The position numbers and the translations under genes are program-made. This document shows, in pieces, positions 1 to 10,073 of a stretch of 64,000 nt of DNA. Every line of letters begins with the position of its first letter. Positions within the stretch are counted from its first letter, which is position 1. The stretch lies in contig DAOWKC010000002.1 in assembly GCA_030640025.1 (NCBI GenBank), positions 4,029 through 68,028 of the forward strand, written 5' to 3'. The notes under the pieces are model-generated. The model did not search any database. It was not told the DNA's origin and was given only the letters and a program-made list of their open reading frames with translations. Source of the DNA: Candidatus Woesearchaeota archaeon. GTDB taxonomy: Archaea; Nanobdellota; Nanobdellia; Woesearchaeales; JAGLXL01.

Positions 1-755
1 TCGAAATTGAGTGGGATGAGATAAAGGCTTTCAATATCAGGAGCGCTGATGACGTATTCGCTGCCAATATTGGCGTAGGTTTCAATTTTCTTTTTTCTAG
101 GTGCATCCAAGGACTCCTTGGCGCGGCAAAGGATTAAATCAGGAAAGATAGTATTTTCAGAAAGCATTTTAATGGCTTGTTGGGTGGGTTTGGTTTTGGC
201 TTCATTAATGTGGGAGGGAACAGGGAGATAAGAGACAAGGATGTAGAGAACATTTTCCTTACCCAAATCTTTTTCTAAACTTTTGGCAGCAAAAAGAAAA
301 GGAATGTTTTCATAGTCACCAATAGTGCCGCCAATTTCGATGGTGACAATATCAAAACCCTTGCCAGCTTCAATGATCCTTCTTTTGACTTCTTCTGGAA
401 CATGGGGTATGAATTGAACTGTCTGGCCGAGGTATTGTCCAGAACGTTCTTTTTTGATGATAGTATCATAAATTTGGCCAGTGGTGATGTTGTTGAGCTT
501 AGGAATATCCAATCCGAGGAAGCGTTCATAATTGCCTAAATCCTGGTCGATTTCACCGCCATCATCAGTGACCCAGACTTCTCCATGTTCAGTTGGTCTT
601 AAGGTACCGGCATCAAAGTTGATGTAGGGGTCTATCTTAACAGCAGTGACTTTAAAACCATATTCCTGGAGTATTTTTCCTATAGAAGCAGTAGCCACGC
701 CTTTGCCCACACCAGAGATAACACCACCAACAACAAAAATATATTTGGTTTGCAT
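1..755 (-). CDS. pyrG: CTP synthase, N-terminal part (runs off the window edge)
   Basis: Manual translation from ATG at 755 gives MQTKYIFVVGGVISGVGKG...KIDPYINFDAGTLRPTEHGEVWVTDDGGEIDQDLGNYERF; not in the ORF track because it is truncated. Confidence 0.95.
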   Translation of the reverse strand, partial: MQTKYIFVVGGVISGVGKGVATASIGKILQEYGFKVTAVKIDPYINFDAGTLRPTEHGEVWVTDDGGEIDQDLGNYERFLGLDIPKLNNITTGQIYDTIIKKERSGQYLGQTVQFIPHVPEEVKRRIIEAGKGFDIVTIEIGGTIGDYENIPFLFAAKSLEKDLGKENVLYILVSYLPVPSHINEAKTKPTQQAIKMLSENTIFPDLILCRAKESLDAPRKKKIETYANIGSEYVISAPDIESLYLIPLNF

Positions 756-855
756 ATTAAAGAGAATTTTGGCCTATTTAAAAAGATTGTTATAAAGAAA
801 ACTATATTTCTTACTTGTGATAAATTATAAAAATACGGGGGTTCTTAGAGTTCTT

Positions 856-1209
856 ATGACAGACTTAATTGCTTGTCTTTCGACTGGAAAAGGGACTTGG
901 GCTCATGTCTCTCAGTTGATTGCTCAGGAAGATTGGAACAATGTTTTTTTGGTGACTAATGATTTTGGCCTGAGGTTTGATACCCGGGGAAAGGGAGAGT
1001 TTGTGGTGACTAATTTTGACAAAGGAATTGATTCTATGGTTGAAGATATTGTTAAGCAGTTGCAAGGAAAGTTAAAGGGTTTTGAAGTTGCTTTGAATTT
1101 AGCTTCTGGTTCAGGTAAGGAACATATGGCTATTATTTCTGCTTTGATTAAGATGGGGGTGGGTTTTAGGTTAGTGGTATTAACAAAAGAAGGAATTAAA
1201 GAAATCTAA
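856..1209 (+). CDS. Small stand-alone Rossmann/CARF-like protein
   Basis: LIACLSTG...VFLVT...VALNLASGSGKEHMAIISAL resembles the CARF NxxGGxK-type motif; likely start ATG 856. Confidence 0.5.
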   Translation: MTDLIACLSTGKGTWAHVSQLIAQEDWNNVFLVTNDFGLRFDTRGKGEFVVTNFDKGIDSMVEDIVKQLQGKLKGFEVALNLASGSGKEHMAIISALIKMGVGFRLVVLTKEGIKEI

Positions 1210-1994
1210 TCCATGATTTTATACCATTGAAGGATAGCTCGATCAGTGGCTTTGAGAAGATCGTATTCTTTGCCTTTGAGGACGAGGCAATTGCCTTTTA
1301 ATTCAACGGCTGGGCCATCATCATAATTAAAGTAGACAACTGGTTTTTTAGTGTTGGTGCAGTTAATGATGGGTCGGTCTCGGCAGGCATCAGTTTCATT
1401 GATGGTACAAGCGCCAACTGGTTTTCTTTGGATGATAACAGCAAGGTTTTGGGTTAATTCTCCGATTGAGGTTGAGATGTAGTCGCTAGTTATTAAAGGG
1501 TCAAAAGTGATGTAAATATCTCCATATTGAAAGGTGGGATGGAGTTCTCCAGTAACTTCAACATCTTCGAGGTCTTTTGGTCCGAAGTGGAGCGGGATTT
1601 GGAAGATTTTGTTGTCCTGCTGAACTTCAGTATACCAAAGGCCTTGGTACAAGATGAAAGAATAGCCGTTGTAGATGTAACCTTCTTCTTCTGGCAGTTC
1701 TCCTTGAAGGTTTTGTTGGAAAAGGTCAGTGATGGTGATAACTTGACCAGTTGGTGGAAAGAAATAATTTTTAATTGGGACAAAAGCAATGATGGCGAGG
1801 AAGATGATGGCAATAGCTGCAACCATAATAATAAATTTTTTAGGAATAGTTGATTTGACTTCTTCTTCTGTGGTAACCTTTTCTATTTGAGGTTCTGTTG
1901 TTTCTGGAGGAACCTCTGGATTCTCCTTCTCAGTTCCGATCTGGGGTTCTTCTTCTGGTTCTTTATCAAGCGGTTCTATTTTGATTTCATCCAT
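1206..1994 (-). CDS. Membrane-anchored hypothetical protein (paralog of the next gene)
   Basis: Acidic N-terminus, one TM helix, YITFDP and NCLVL motifs shared with 1987..2562. Confidence 0.7.
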   Translation of the reverse strand: MDEIKIEPLDKEPEEEPQIGTEKENPEVPPETTEPQIEKVTTEEEVKSTIPKKFIIMVAAIAIIFLAIIAFVPIKNYFFPPTGQVITITDLFQQNLQGELPEEEGYIYNGYSFILYQGLWYTEVQQDNKIFQIPLHFGPKDLEDVEVTGELHPTFQYGDIYITFDPLITSDYISTSIGELTQNLAVIIQRKPVGACTINETDACRDRPIINCTNTKKPVVYFNYDDGPAVELKGNCLVLKGKEYDLLKATDRAILQWYKIMD

Positions 1995-2562
1995 TGATAA
2001 CACCCGTAAGATGATAGATAATTCTTTCAGTTAATCTAAGATAATCAATATTTGATTGGGCGTTGAGTATATAACAATTATTGTTGTAGTCTATATAAGT
2101 TTCATTTGATTCTTGGTATTTAATAACTGGAATGTAAGCAGAGGCGTTTTGGCAAGTGGTGATGGGAAGGTCGTATTCTTCTGAAGTATCTAAGATACCG
2201 TGAGAGAAATAAATATTAGTCAATTGGCTGGTGAGGTCTAATTTTAAACGGGACAAAGCAATATATTCGTTTGTGGCGTTAGGGTCGAAAGTGACGTAGA
2301 TTAAAGGTGAATTAAGATTTTCTGGATTAGGGACTTCTATATCTTCTAATTCTGCTGGATGACTGTAAAAGTTCATGGCGTAGTTATTGATGGTGGTGGT
2401 CCACTGACCATTTTGGAACTGAAATCTGAAATCATTGTATTTTGATGGAGTGGCTTCATCGCTATCCATACCGATTAAAACAGAACTAAAAATCATAGAA
2501 AGAATAGCTACAACAGCGACAATGAGTAAGAGTATTTTAGCATAATTTTTTCTTTTTTTCAT
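1987..2562 (-). CDS. Membrane-anchored hypothetical protein
   Basis: N-terminal TM helix; YVTFDP, ITTC, NCYIL motifs. Confidence 0.7.
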   Translation of the reverse strand: MKKRKNYAKILLLIVAVVAILSMIFSSVLIGMDSDEATPSKYNDFRFQFQNGQWTTTINNYAMNFYSHPAELEDIEVPNPENLNSPLIYVTFDPNATNEYIALSRLKLDLTSQLTNIYFSHGILDTSEEYDLPITTCQNASAYIPVIKYQESNETYIDYNNNCYILNAQSNIDYLRLTERIIYHLTGVING

Positions 2563-2667
2563 GAATTTTCACTCCATTCAAATTCACTTACTGGTGCTCA
2601 CTTTGTTCAGCAAGTTTTGGAAAACTAAGTTTTCCAAACCGTTGAAAACCAGAGGTTTTCATAAGTT

Positions 2668-3603
2668 TCATTTTTGCATCTTTTTGAGATAATTGTTTAA
2701 TGAGACTTTGACTTGGTCTTTTAAATCTTTTTCTATATTCAATTGGTCTATTTGTTTCTGCCAGTTGATTTTGGGTAATTTGGTTAAGGTTGAGGTGAAT
2801 TTTCGATTAGCTTTTTTAACTTCATTTTCAATTTGATGGGAAAATTTAGTATTAAATAATTTAATGGAAGGGAATTTAGTGATGGAATCTGCGCCAGCTT
2901 CAAGAAGTTGGTGGATTTCATTGAGGCGGTTGACCCAAGAACCAGCGATGATTTGGAGTTGAGGGAAGGTTTTTCTGGTTTGTTTGATCCATTTAATATA
3001 ATAATTTGTTTTGGGGCCTTTTTTGAAAGGTGTTCCTGGGTGGGGGTTTAAGGCGTATAAAGTGATTCTATCTATTTTGTGTTTTTTGATGAAGTTTTTT
3101 AGCAGGGGGAAGTCGTTTAAGGTTTCTCCTAAACCAATGATTAAGGTCATTGATTTTTTGAGTTTGAGTTTGTTGCATAAATTGAACATGTTCTCAATTG
3201 GTTTGATTGGTTTAGAAGGGCAGATTTTTTTATGGAGTCGGGGGTTGATGACTTCAATGGCGCCAGTAATGCCTTGGATGTAAGGTTTGAATTTTTTTAG
3301 TTCTGATTCTTTTAAAACGCCGATGTTTAACCAGAGTTTTTTCTTGTTGATTTGTTTGATGATTTTGGTGATATTGACAAGTTCTTCTAGGGTATGAGAT
3401 TCATAGCCGCCTGACAAAAATTCGATTTCCCAACCGCAGGCTTTGCAGATTAAAGCTTCGGCGATGATTGAGGCGAGTTTTCTTCTGGCTAATCTGGGAT
3501 TTTTAATTTTATTTTTTTGAGTTGACATGTAGCAGAATTTGCAATCGCCTTTAGCGCAATACCAAGAAAGGAAAATGGCACGTTCGAAGTGAGTTGGTTT
3601 CAT
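2668..3603 (-). CDS. Radical SAM protein, biotin synthase/HmdB-like
   Basis: CAKGDCKFC (CX4CX2C), IIGLGET, PHPGTP. Confidence 0.85.
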   Translation of the reverse strand: MKPTHFERAIFLSWYCAKGDCKFCYMSTQKNKIKNPRLARRKLASIIAEALICKACGWEIEFLSGGYESHTLEELVNITKIIKQINKKKLWLNIGVLKESELKKFKPYIQGITGAIEVINPRLHKKICPSKPIKPIENMFNLCNKLKLKKSMTLIIGLGETLNDFPLLKNFIKKHKIDRITLYALNPHPGTPFKKGPKTNYYIKWIKQTRKTFPQLQIIAGSWVNRLNEIHQLLEAGADSITKFPSIKLFNTKFSHQIENEVKKANRKFTSTLTKLPKINWQKQIDQLNIEKDLKDQVKVSLNNYLKKMQK

Positions 3604-3609
3604 GGTGGA

Positions 3610-3683
3610 AGCCCCCGAGGAGATTTGAACTCCCGACCCTCAGTTTACGAGACTGATGCTCTGCCGGACTGAGCTACAGGGGC
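3610..3683 (-). tRNA. tRNA-Thr(CGT), no intron
   Basis: Reverse complement GCCCCTGTAGCTCAGTCCGGCAGAGCATCAGTCTCGTAAACTGAGGGTCGGGAGTTCAAATCTCCTCGGGGGCT folds as a cloverleaf. Confidence 0.95.
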
Positions 3684-3688
3684 GAGGT

Positions 3689-3847
3689 TTAGATTTTTTC
3701 TAAGAGCTCTTCCTTTTTTGGGTGTTTCTTTTGGCAGTCTGGGCAGAGATAGTGTGGTTTACTGCTGCCGGGTTTTTTGATGATGGTGCCTTTGATTTTA
3801 CTGAGGAAGATTTCTTCGATTTTGTTTTTGCAAATTTCGCATTTCAT
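3689..3847 (-). CDS. Small zinc-ribbon protein
   Basis: MKCEIC...LCPDC, 52 aa; TATA-like box upstream. Confidence 0.75.
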   Translation of the reverse strand: MKCEICKNKIEEIFLSKIKGTIIKKPGSSKPHYLCPDCQKKHPKKEELLEKI

Positions 3848-3920
3848 ATCAGGGTTTTGAGGTTGAGAGTTTATATAAGTTTTGTTAAAGTTTATAAAAA
3901 GAAAAAGAATTCTAAAGTTC

Positions 3921-4382
3921 ATGTACCCACAAACTCATTTTTTAACAGCGCTGTTCTTGGCCTTGATTTTAGTAAAGTTAGAAGTTTTGGGTTATTACGG
4001 AGCTTTGGTTTGTGCGATATTGGCAGTTTTGATGGATTTAGACCATTGGATTGCTTTTGTATTTAAGAAGCACAAAGTTAGTTTTTTGAAAGCCTGGAAT
4101 GCAGCAACAGTAAAGCATGCAGATTGGGAAAGAACTTTTGTCCATCATAAACTAGGGTTTGGGATTGTGTCAGTTATTCTTTTGATATTCTTGTTGTTTA
4201 ACAGATTGGTTTTTTGGGTAGTGGGAATTGCTTATTATTCGCATATGTTTTTAGATTATGTCCATGGAGTTGAAAGGAAAAAATATAGATTCAGAGAACT
4301 GGGATTTTTCTTTGAGATAACTTGGTTTGAATTGGCTTTGGATGTTGTTTTATTGATTGGGATTGTTCTGATTTTGGTATAA
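3921..4382 (+). CDS. Membrane metal-dependent hydrolase (YdjM-like)
   Basis: TH, DLDH, RTFVHH, SHMFLD motifs with TM segments. Confidence 0.75.
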   Translation: MYPQTHFLTALFLALILVKLEVLGYYGALVCAILAVLMDLDHWIAFVFKKHKVSFLKAWNAATVKHADWERTFVHHKLGFGIVSVILLIFLLFNRLVFWVVGIAYYSHMFLDYVHGVERKKYRFRELGFFFEITWFELALDVVLLIGIVLILV

Positions 4383-4415
4383 ATATTTAAATATGTTGAA
4401 GTAAAGCTTAGACTT

Positions 4416-6179
4416 ATGGCTAAAAGGATTTGTGTAGTAGAAAGAGAAAAATGTCATCCGACTAAATGTGGTGATTATTTGTGTAAAAAGCTGTGTCCAG
4501 TGAATCGGACTGGCAAAGATTGCATTACAGTTAATGAGGATGACAAAAAGGTCAGGATAGATGAATCCCTATGCACTGGCTGCGGCATTTGTCCAAAGAG
4601 GTGTCCTTTTGGTGCATTGCATATTGTAAATTTGCCTGAAGCACTTGAGAAAGACCCAATTCATAGGTATGGAGAGAATCAATTTGAATTGTTTTCTTTG
4701 CCAACACCGGTTTTTGGCAAGGTGGTTGGTATTGTTGGCCGTAATGCGGTGGGTAAGTCGACAGCGATAAAAATATTAGCTGGTGTTTTGAAACCGAATT
4801 TAGGTCAGGTAGGTGGTGAGGCTGATTTTAAGGATTTGATTGATTATTTCAAGGGTTCTGAGATTCAAACTTTTTTGGAGAAAGTCAGGGACGGTGAAAT
4901 CAGGATCTCTTACAAGCCGCAGCAAGTTGATTTGATTCCGAAAAAGTTTGCAGGAAAAGTTGGAGATTTGCTTCGTGGTGTGAATGAAACAGGTGAGATG
5001 GACAAGATTGTTTCAGAATTGGATTTAGGGAATATTTTGGATAGGAAATTGCGTGAGATTTCTGGCGGTGAACTGCAGAGAGTGGCGATTGCGGCAACTG
5101 TTCTTAAGAAGGCTAATCTGTATATTTTTGATGAGCCAACTTCTTATATGGATATTAAACAAAGACTGAAAGTTAGCAAATTCATCCGTGGGTTGGCAAA
5201 AGCTGATACTGCTGTTTTAGTAATTGAACACGATTTGATTATTTTAGATTACATGACAGATTTAGTCCATATTATGTATGGTCGGGAAGGAGTTTATGGG
5301 ATTGTATCTGGATTGAAAAGCACTCGAGAAGGCATTAATACTTTTTTAGAAGGATATTTGCGGGAAGAGAATATCAGATTTAGGGATCATACAATCAAGT
5401 TTGAAAGAGTGCCGACTGTTGATCGAGGCGGGTCAATGGTTTTATGTTCTTGGAAGGATGTGGAGAAAAGATTAGATAGTTTTAGTTTGAAGGCTAAAGG
5501 GGGAGAGATTTTCAAGAATGATGTGATTGGGGTTTTAGGCGAAAATGGAATTGGGAAGACGTCTTTTGTGAAAATATTGGCCGGGGTTTTGGAAGCTGAT
5601 AAAGGTTCGGTGGGGTATGAAGTAACAGTGGCTTACAAGCCACAATATTTAGAAGCTGAAAGTGAGGCCACGGTGTTAGAAGTTTTGCAAGAGGCGATTT
5701 CGAAATATAATAATCAAATCATCAAACCTTTGAATATTCCACGATTGTTTATGAAAAAATTAAATCAGTTATCTGGTGGTGAGCTGCAGAGAGTGGCAAT
5801 TGCCAAGACTTTGGCTGAAGAGGCTGGTTTGTTTTTGCTGGATGAGCCGTCTGCTTATTTAGATGTTGAGCAGAGATTGTTGATTTCTAAGATTATTAAG
5901 CAAGTGGCTGAGGAACGGGAGGTAACGGTTTTAGTGGTTGACCATGATTTATTGTTTTTAGATTATTTATCAAACAAATTAATGGTGTTTGATGGTGAGC
6001 CAGCGATTTCTGGAGAGGCGAAGGGGCCTTTTAAGATGGAAGAGGGCATGAATATGTTTTTGAAAGATTTGGGGATTACTTTTAGACGGGATGTTAATTC
6101 TAACCGGCCTCGGGCAAATAAGGTTAATTCTGTTAAAGATCGTGAGCAGAAGAAAGAAGGGAAGTATTATTATTCTTGA
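4416..6179 (+). CDS. abcE1: ABCE1/RLI ribosome recycling ATPase
   Basis: N-terminal Fe-S cysteines (CTGCGICPKRCP) and two ABC domains with SGGELQR. Confidence 0.97.
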   Translation: MAKRICVVEREKCHPTKCGDYLCKKLCPVNRTGKDCITVNEDDKKVRIDESLCTGCGICPKRCPFGALHIVNLPEALEKDPIHRYGENQFELFSLPTPVFGKVVGIVGRNAVGKSTAIKILAGVLKPNLGQVGGEADFKDLIDYFKGSEIQTFLEKVRDGEIRISYKPQQVDLIPKKFAGKVGDLLRGVNETGEMDKIVSELDLGNILDRKLREISGGELQRVAIAATVLKKANLYIFDEPTSYMDIKQRLKVSKFIRGLAKADTAVLVIEHDLIILDYMTDLVHIMYGREGVYGIVSGLKSTREGINTFLEGYLREENIRFRDHTIKFERVPTVDRGGSMVLCSWKDVEKRLDSFSLKAKGGEIFKNDVIGVLGENGIGKTSFVKILAGVLEADKGSVGYEVTVAYKPQYLEAESEATVLEVLQEAISKYNNQIIKPLNIPRLFMKKLNQLSGGELQRVAIAKTLAEEAGLFLLDEPSAYLDVEQRLLISKIIKQVAEEREVTVLVVDHDLLFLDYLSNKLMVFDGEPAISGEAKGPFKMEEGMNMFLKDLGITFRRDVNSNRPRANKVNSVKDREQKKEGKYYYS

Positions 6180-6310
6180 ATAAACTGAGAGAACTTAATT
6201 TCTTAAAAATTAAGTTCTTTGGTATACAAAAGTATGGAATAAAAATTCCATACTTTAAGTAAAATTTAGTTTAGTAACGCTTATATATGCTAATTTTTTG
6301 ATTTTAAGAT

Positions 6311-8074
6311 ATGTGTGGTATTATTGGTTATAAAGGGGGCAAGAACGCTGTTAAAGTTGTTTTGAATGGTTTGAAGCGGCTTGAGTACAGAGGTTATGAC
6401 AGCTGGGGAATTGCGGTAAAAGATGGGAATATTAGAACAGTTAAAGATATAGGTAAAATTGGAGCTGTTTCTGAAGAAGATTTGAAATTGGGTTCGGCTC
6501 AGATGGCAATTGCGCACACTCGTTGGAGCACGCATGGAGAAGTTAATCAGATCAATGCTCATCCTCATCTTTCCAATAATAAAAGAATTGCAGTAGTGCA
6601 CAATGGGATTGTAGAAAATTATGTCAAGCTGCGTGAGTTTTTGAAAGAAAATAATTTTGAGTTTTATTCCGGGACTGATACAGAAGTGATTCCAAATTTA
6701 ATTGAGTTTTTTATGGAAGAAGGAGTTAGTTTTAAGGGAGGTGTTTCTAAGGCTTTGGCAATGTTAGAAGGGAGTTTTGCAATTGTAGCAATGCATCAAG
6801 ATTATCCTGAAATAATTGGGGCTCGAAATGGAAGTCCATTAGTGGTAGGCAGAAACAATGGTGGATTTTTTATTGCTTCTGATGTACCAGCTTTTTTAGA
6901 TTTGACCAATGAGGTTTGTTATTTAGATGACAAGGAAATGGTAATTGTTGGTGAAGGAATTGATTTTTTTGATTTGAGTGGAGTTAAGAAGGAAAAAGAA
7001 TTTCAGTTTATTGACTGGACACTTGAGCAAGCTGAGAAAGGAAATTATGATCATTTTATGCTGAAAGAGATTATGGAGCAGAAAGAAACTATCAAGAAAT
7101 CAATTGAACAAGATGATAAAAAAATTTTAGAGATGGCTGATTTGATTAAAGAAGGTTATGGGGTTTTTTTTGTGGCTTGTGGAACTGCTTCGTATGCGAC
7201 CCGCATTGGCGGTTATTTATTTTCTAAGATTGCCAAGAAGCACGTCAATGTAGTTTGTGGTTCGGAGTTTCCTTATTACAAAGATTTTTTGACAGATAAA
7301 ACTTTGATGATAGTTGTTTCACAGAGCGGTGAGACAGCTGATACAATTGGAGCGGTCAAAGTGGCCAAAGAAAAAGGTGTTAAAGTTCTTTCGATAGTTA
7401 ATGTGATGGGTTCGACTTTGATGAGAATGGCTGATTATTCTTTTTTAACGAATGCTGGTCCTGAGATTGGGGTGGCTTCGACAAAAGCGACCACAGCTCA
7501 AATTGCACTTTTGACTTTGCTGGCTTATGCTTGTAATGGCGGTCTTGAGGAGGGCAAAGAAGTTTTGAAGAAGTGTGTTGAAGAGTCACAAGAATTGTTT
7601 GATTCTAAATTTGTTGACAAGATTGAGGGGCTGGCAGATAAGATTGTGAATTATAATGACATTTATGTAATTGGCCGCGGCACTAATTTTCCTGTGGCTT
7701 TAGAAGCAGCGCACAAAATCAAAGAGGTTTCTTATATTCATGCTGAGGGTATGGCTGGCGGTGAATTAAAGCATGGAACAATTGCTTTGATTGATAAGGG
7801 AACACCATGTATTTGTATGGTTTCTAATGATGAAGCTAAAAATGACATTATTTCAAATGCCATGGAGATAAAGTCTCGAGGTGGATTTATTATTGGTATT
7901 TCTCCAGAAGACAATGAGATCTTTGATTTTCATGTTAAAGTACCAGATGTAGGCGAGGCATCAGCCATTGTTAATTTAATTCCAGCGCAGATGCTGGCTT
8001 ATTATTTGGCGGTAAAGAAAGGTTTTAATCCAGACTTTCCTAAAAACCTTGCAAAATGCGTAACAGTCAAATGA
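6311..8074 (+). CDS. glmS: Glutamine-fructose-6-phosphate aminotransferase
   Basis: MCGIIG, LEYRGYDS, HTRW, GELKHG, NLAKCVTV. Confidence 0.97.
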   Translation: MCGIIGYKGGKNAVKVVLNGLKRLEYRGYDSWGIAVKDGNIRTVKDIGKIGAVSEEDLKLGSAQMAIAHTRWSTHGEVNQINAHPHLSNNKRIAVVHNGIVENYVKLREFLKENNFEFYSGTDTEVIPNLIEFFMEEGVSFKGGVSKALAMLEGSFAIVAMHQDYPEIIGARNGSPLVVGRNNGGFFIASDVPAFLDLTNEVCYLDDKEMVIVGEGIDFFDLSGVKKEKEFQFIDWTLEQAEKGNYDHFMLKEIMEQKETIKKSIEQDDKKILEMADLIKEGYGVFFVACGTASYATRIGGYLFSKIAKKHVNVVCGSEFPYYKDFLTDKTLMIVVSQSGETADTIGAVKVAKEKGVKVLSIVNVMGSTLMRMADYSFLTNAGPEIGVASTKATTAQIALLTLLAYACNGGLEEGKEVLKKCVEESQELFDSKFVDKIEGLADKIVNYNDIYVIGRGTNFPVALEAAHKIKEVSYIHAEGMAGGELKHGTIALIDKGTPCICMVSNDEAKNDIISNAMEIKSRGGFIIGISPEDNEIFDFHVKVPDVGEASAIVNLIPAQMLAYYLAVKKGFNPDFPKNLAKCVTVK

Positions 8075-8703
8075 AAATTAAAGCGGTTATTTTTGATAAA
8101 GATGGTGTTTTGATTGACACTGTAAAATTTAATATTGAGGCTGCAGTTAGAACTTTTAGGGAAAGTGGGATTGAATTGGATGAAGATGATAAAAAGACTG
8201 TCATTGGCAGACATCCGGCTGATTTCTATAAAATTTTAGAAAAAAAATACAAATTTGATTATGAAAAATCAAGAGAAAGACAAAGATTTCATTATTTTCA
8301 ACTTTATGAAAAAATTAAGTTATATGATGGAGCAAAAGAATTAATTTTGGCTTTGAAGAAAAAAGAATTGAAATTGGCTTTAGCAACTTCGTCTGGAGAA
8401 AAGGGGGTTAATATATTTTTTGATAAATTTGGTTTGAAGAAATTTTTTGATGAAGTGGTTACTTTTAAAGATTGTAAAGAGAGGAAGCCAGCTCCAGATA
8501 TTTATTTGGTAACAGCTGAAAGATTGGACATTTTACCAGAAGAGTGTTTGGTTTTTGAAGATTCTCCAGTAGGTGTGAAGGCGGCGAAAAGAGCGGGGAT
8601 GAAATGTGTAGCTGTGACATATTCTTCTTCTAAAGATGAATTAAAAGAAGCAGATTATATCATAAGTAATTTAAATGAATTTAAGTATGAATGGTTAGAA
8701 TGA
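8071..8703 (+). CDS. HAD-family phosphatase (beta-phosphoglucomutase-like)
   Basis: FDKDGVLIDT, KPAPDIY, FEDS. Confidence 0.85.
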   Translation: MKIKAVIFDKDGVLIDTVKFNIEAAVRTFRESGIELDEDDKKTVIGRHPADFYKILEKKYKFDYEKSRERQRFHYFQLYEKIKLYDGAKELILALKKKELKLALATSSGEKGVNIFFDKFGLKKFFDEVVTFKDCKERKPAPDIYLVTAERLDILPEECLVFEDSPVGVKAAKRAGMKCVAVTYSSSKDELKEADYIISNLNEFKYEWLE

Positions 8704-10073
8704 GCAGAGATTTATTTGGAACAGATGGTATTCGGGGAAAAGCAAATGTTCATCCAATGACGGTAGATATAGCGATGCTGATTGGCAAGGCAGCTGGTCT
8801 GGTTTTTAAGAATGGTGGTAGGAAGAGCAAGATTATTATTGGGAAAGATACGCGGTTGAGTGGTTATATGATTGAATCAGCTCTGGCTGCTGGTTTATTG
8901 TCGACTGGGGTTGAGGTTTATTTTGTAGGGCCAATGCCAACTCCAGCAATTGCCCATATTACCAAATCTTTTGCAGCTGATGCTGGAATTGTGATTTCTG
9001 CTTCTCATAATCCTTATGAAGATAATGGCATTAAGTTTTTTGATGGGAAGGGTTTTAAATTGCCAGATGAGATGGAGGCGCGGATGGAAGATTTAGTTCG
9101 GAGTGAGATTGATACAAAAGAGATTACTGGTGAGATGGTGGGCAAGGCCCACAGAATTGGTGATGCTCGCGGTCGTTATATAGAATTTGCTAAAAATTCT
9201 ATTAGTAATATGAGTTTGAAAGGCTTGAAGATTATTTTGGACTGTGCTAATGGAGCAACTTATCATGTAACCAAGTATATTTTGAATGAATTAGGAGCTG
9301 AGGTAGTTTTAAAGAATGTTAAGCCAGACGGGAAAAATATTAATGAAAAATGCGGAGCAATGCATCCGGAATTATTGAAAAATGATGTTTTGATTGAGAA
9401 AGCTGATTTGGCAATTGCCTTAGATGGTGATGGTGACAGAGTGATCATGTTAGATGAAACTGGTGAAGTTGTTTGTGGTGATAGGATTATGGCAATTGCT
9501 GCTACTGAAATGCTAAAATCAGGGAAATTGAAAGGCAATACCTTAGTAGTTACTAATTATAGTAATGTGGGTTTGGTAAAATGTGTTGAAGAAGCTGGCG
9601 GCCAGGTTGTTCGAGTTAAGAATGGTGACAGATATGTGGTTGAAGAGATGCGGCGCAAGGGTTATAATTTGGGCGGCGAGCAATCGGGACATATTATATT
9701 TTTAGATCATACAACAACTGGTGATGGAACCATTTCTGCATTACAGATTTTGAGGATGATGAAGAAGACTGGAAAAAGGTTGTCAGAGTTGGGTTCATGT
9801 ATGAATAAATTTCCTCAAATTAATTTGGGAGTTGAAGTTGCTGAGAAAAAGCCACTTGAGGAGATGGCTGGTTTACAGATATTAGTTAAAGAGATTAATG
9901 GAAAACTGTCTGGTCGAGGTCGGTTGTTAATTCGTTATTCTGGGACGCAAAATATATTAAGGATAATGGTTGAAGGTGAGAATGAAGAGGAAATAGGAAA
10001 CTATGCTGAAGAGATTGCTACTGAAGTTAAAAAGGAAATCGAAAATGCAAGCGGTAATTCTAGCGGCTGGTAA
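8700..10073 (+). CDS. glmM: Phosphoglucosamine mutase
   Basis: FGTDGIRG, ISASHNP, DGDGDR, GGEQSGH. Confidence 0.95.
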   Translation: MSRDLFGTDGIRGKANVHPMTVDIAMLIGKAAGLVFKNGGRKSKIIIGKDTRLSGYMIESALAAGLLSTGVEVYFVGPMPTPAIAHITKSFAADAGIVISASHNPYEDNGIKFFDGKGFKLPDEMEARMEDLVRSEIDTKEITGEMVGKAHRIGDARGRYIEFAKNSISNMSLKGLKIILDCANGATYHVTKYILNELGAEVVLKNVKPDGKNINEKCGAMHPELLKNDVLIEKADLAIALDGDGDRVIMLDETGEVVCGDRIMAIAATEMLKSGKLKGNTLVVTNYSNVGLVKCVEEAGGQVVRVKNGDRYVVEEMRRKGYNLGGEQSGHIIFLDHTTTGDGTISALQILRMMKKTGKRLSELGSCMNKFPQINLGVEVAEKKPLEEMAGLQILVKEINGKLSGRGRLLIRYSGTQNILRIMVEGENEEEIGNYAEEIATEVKKEIENASGNSSGW

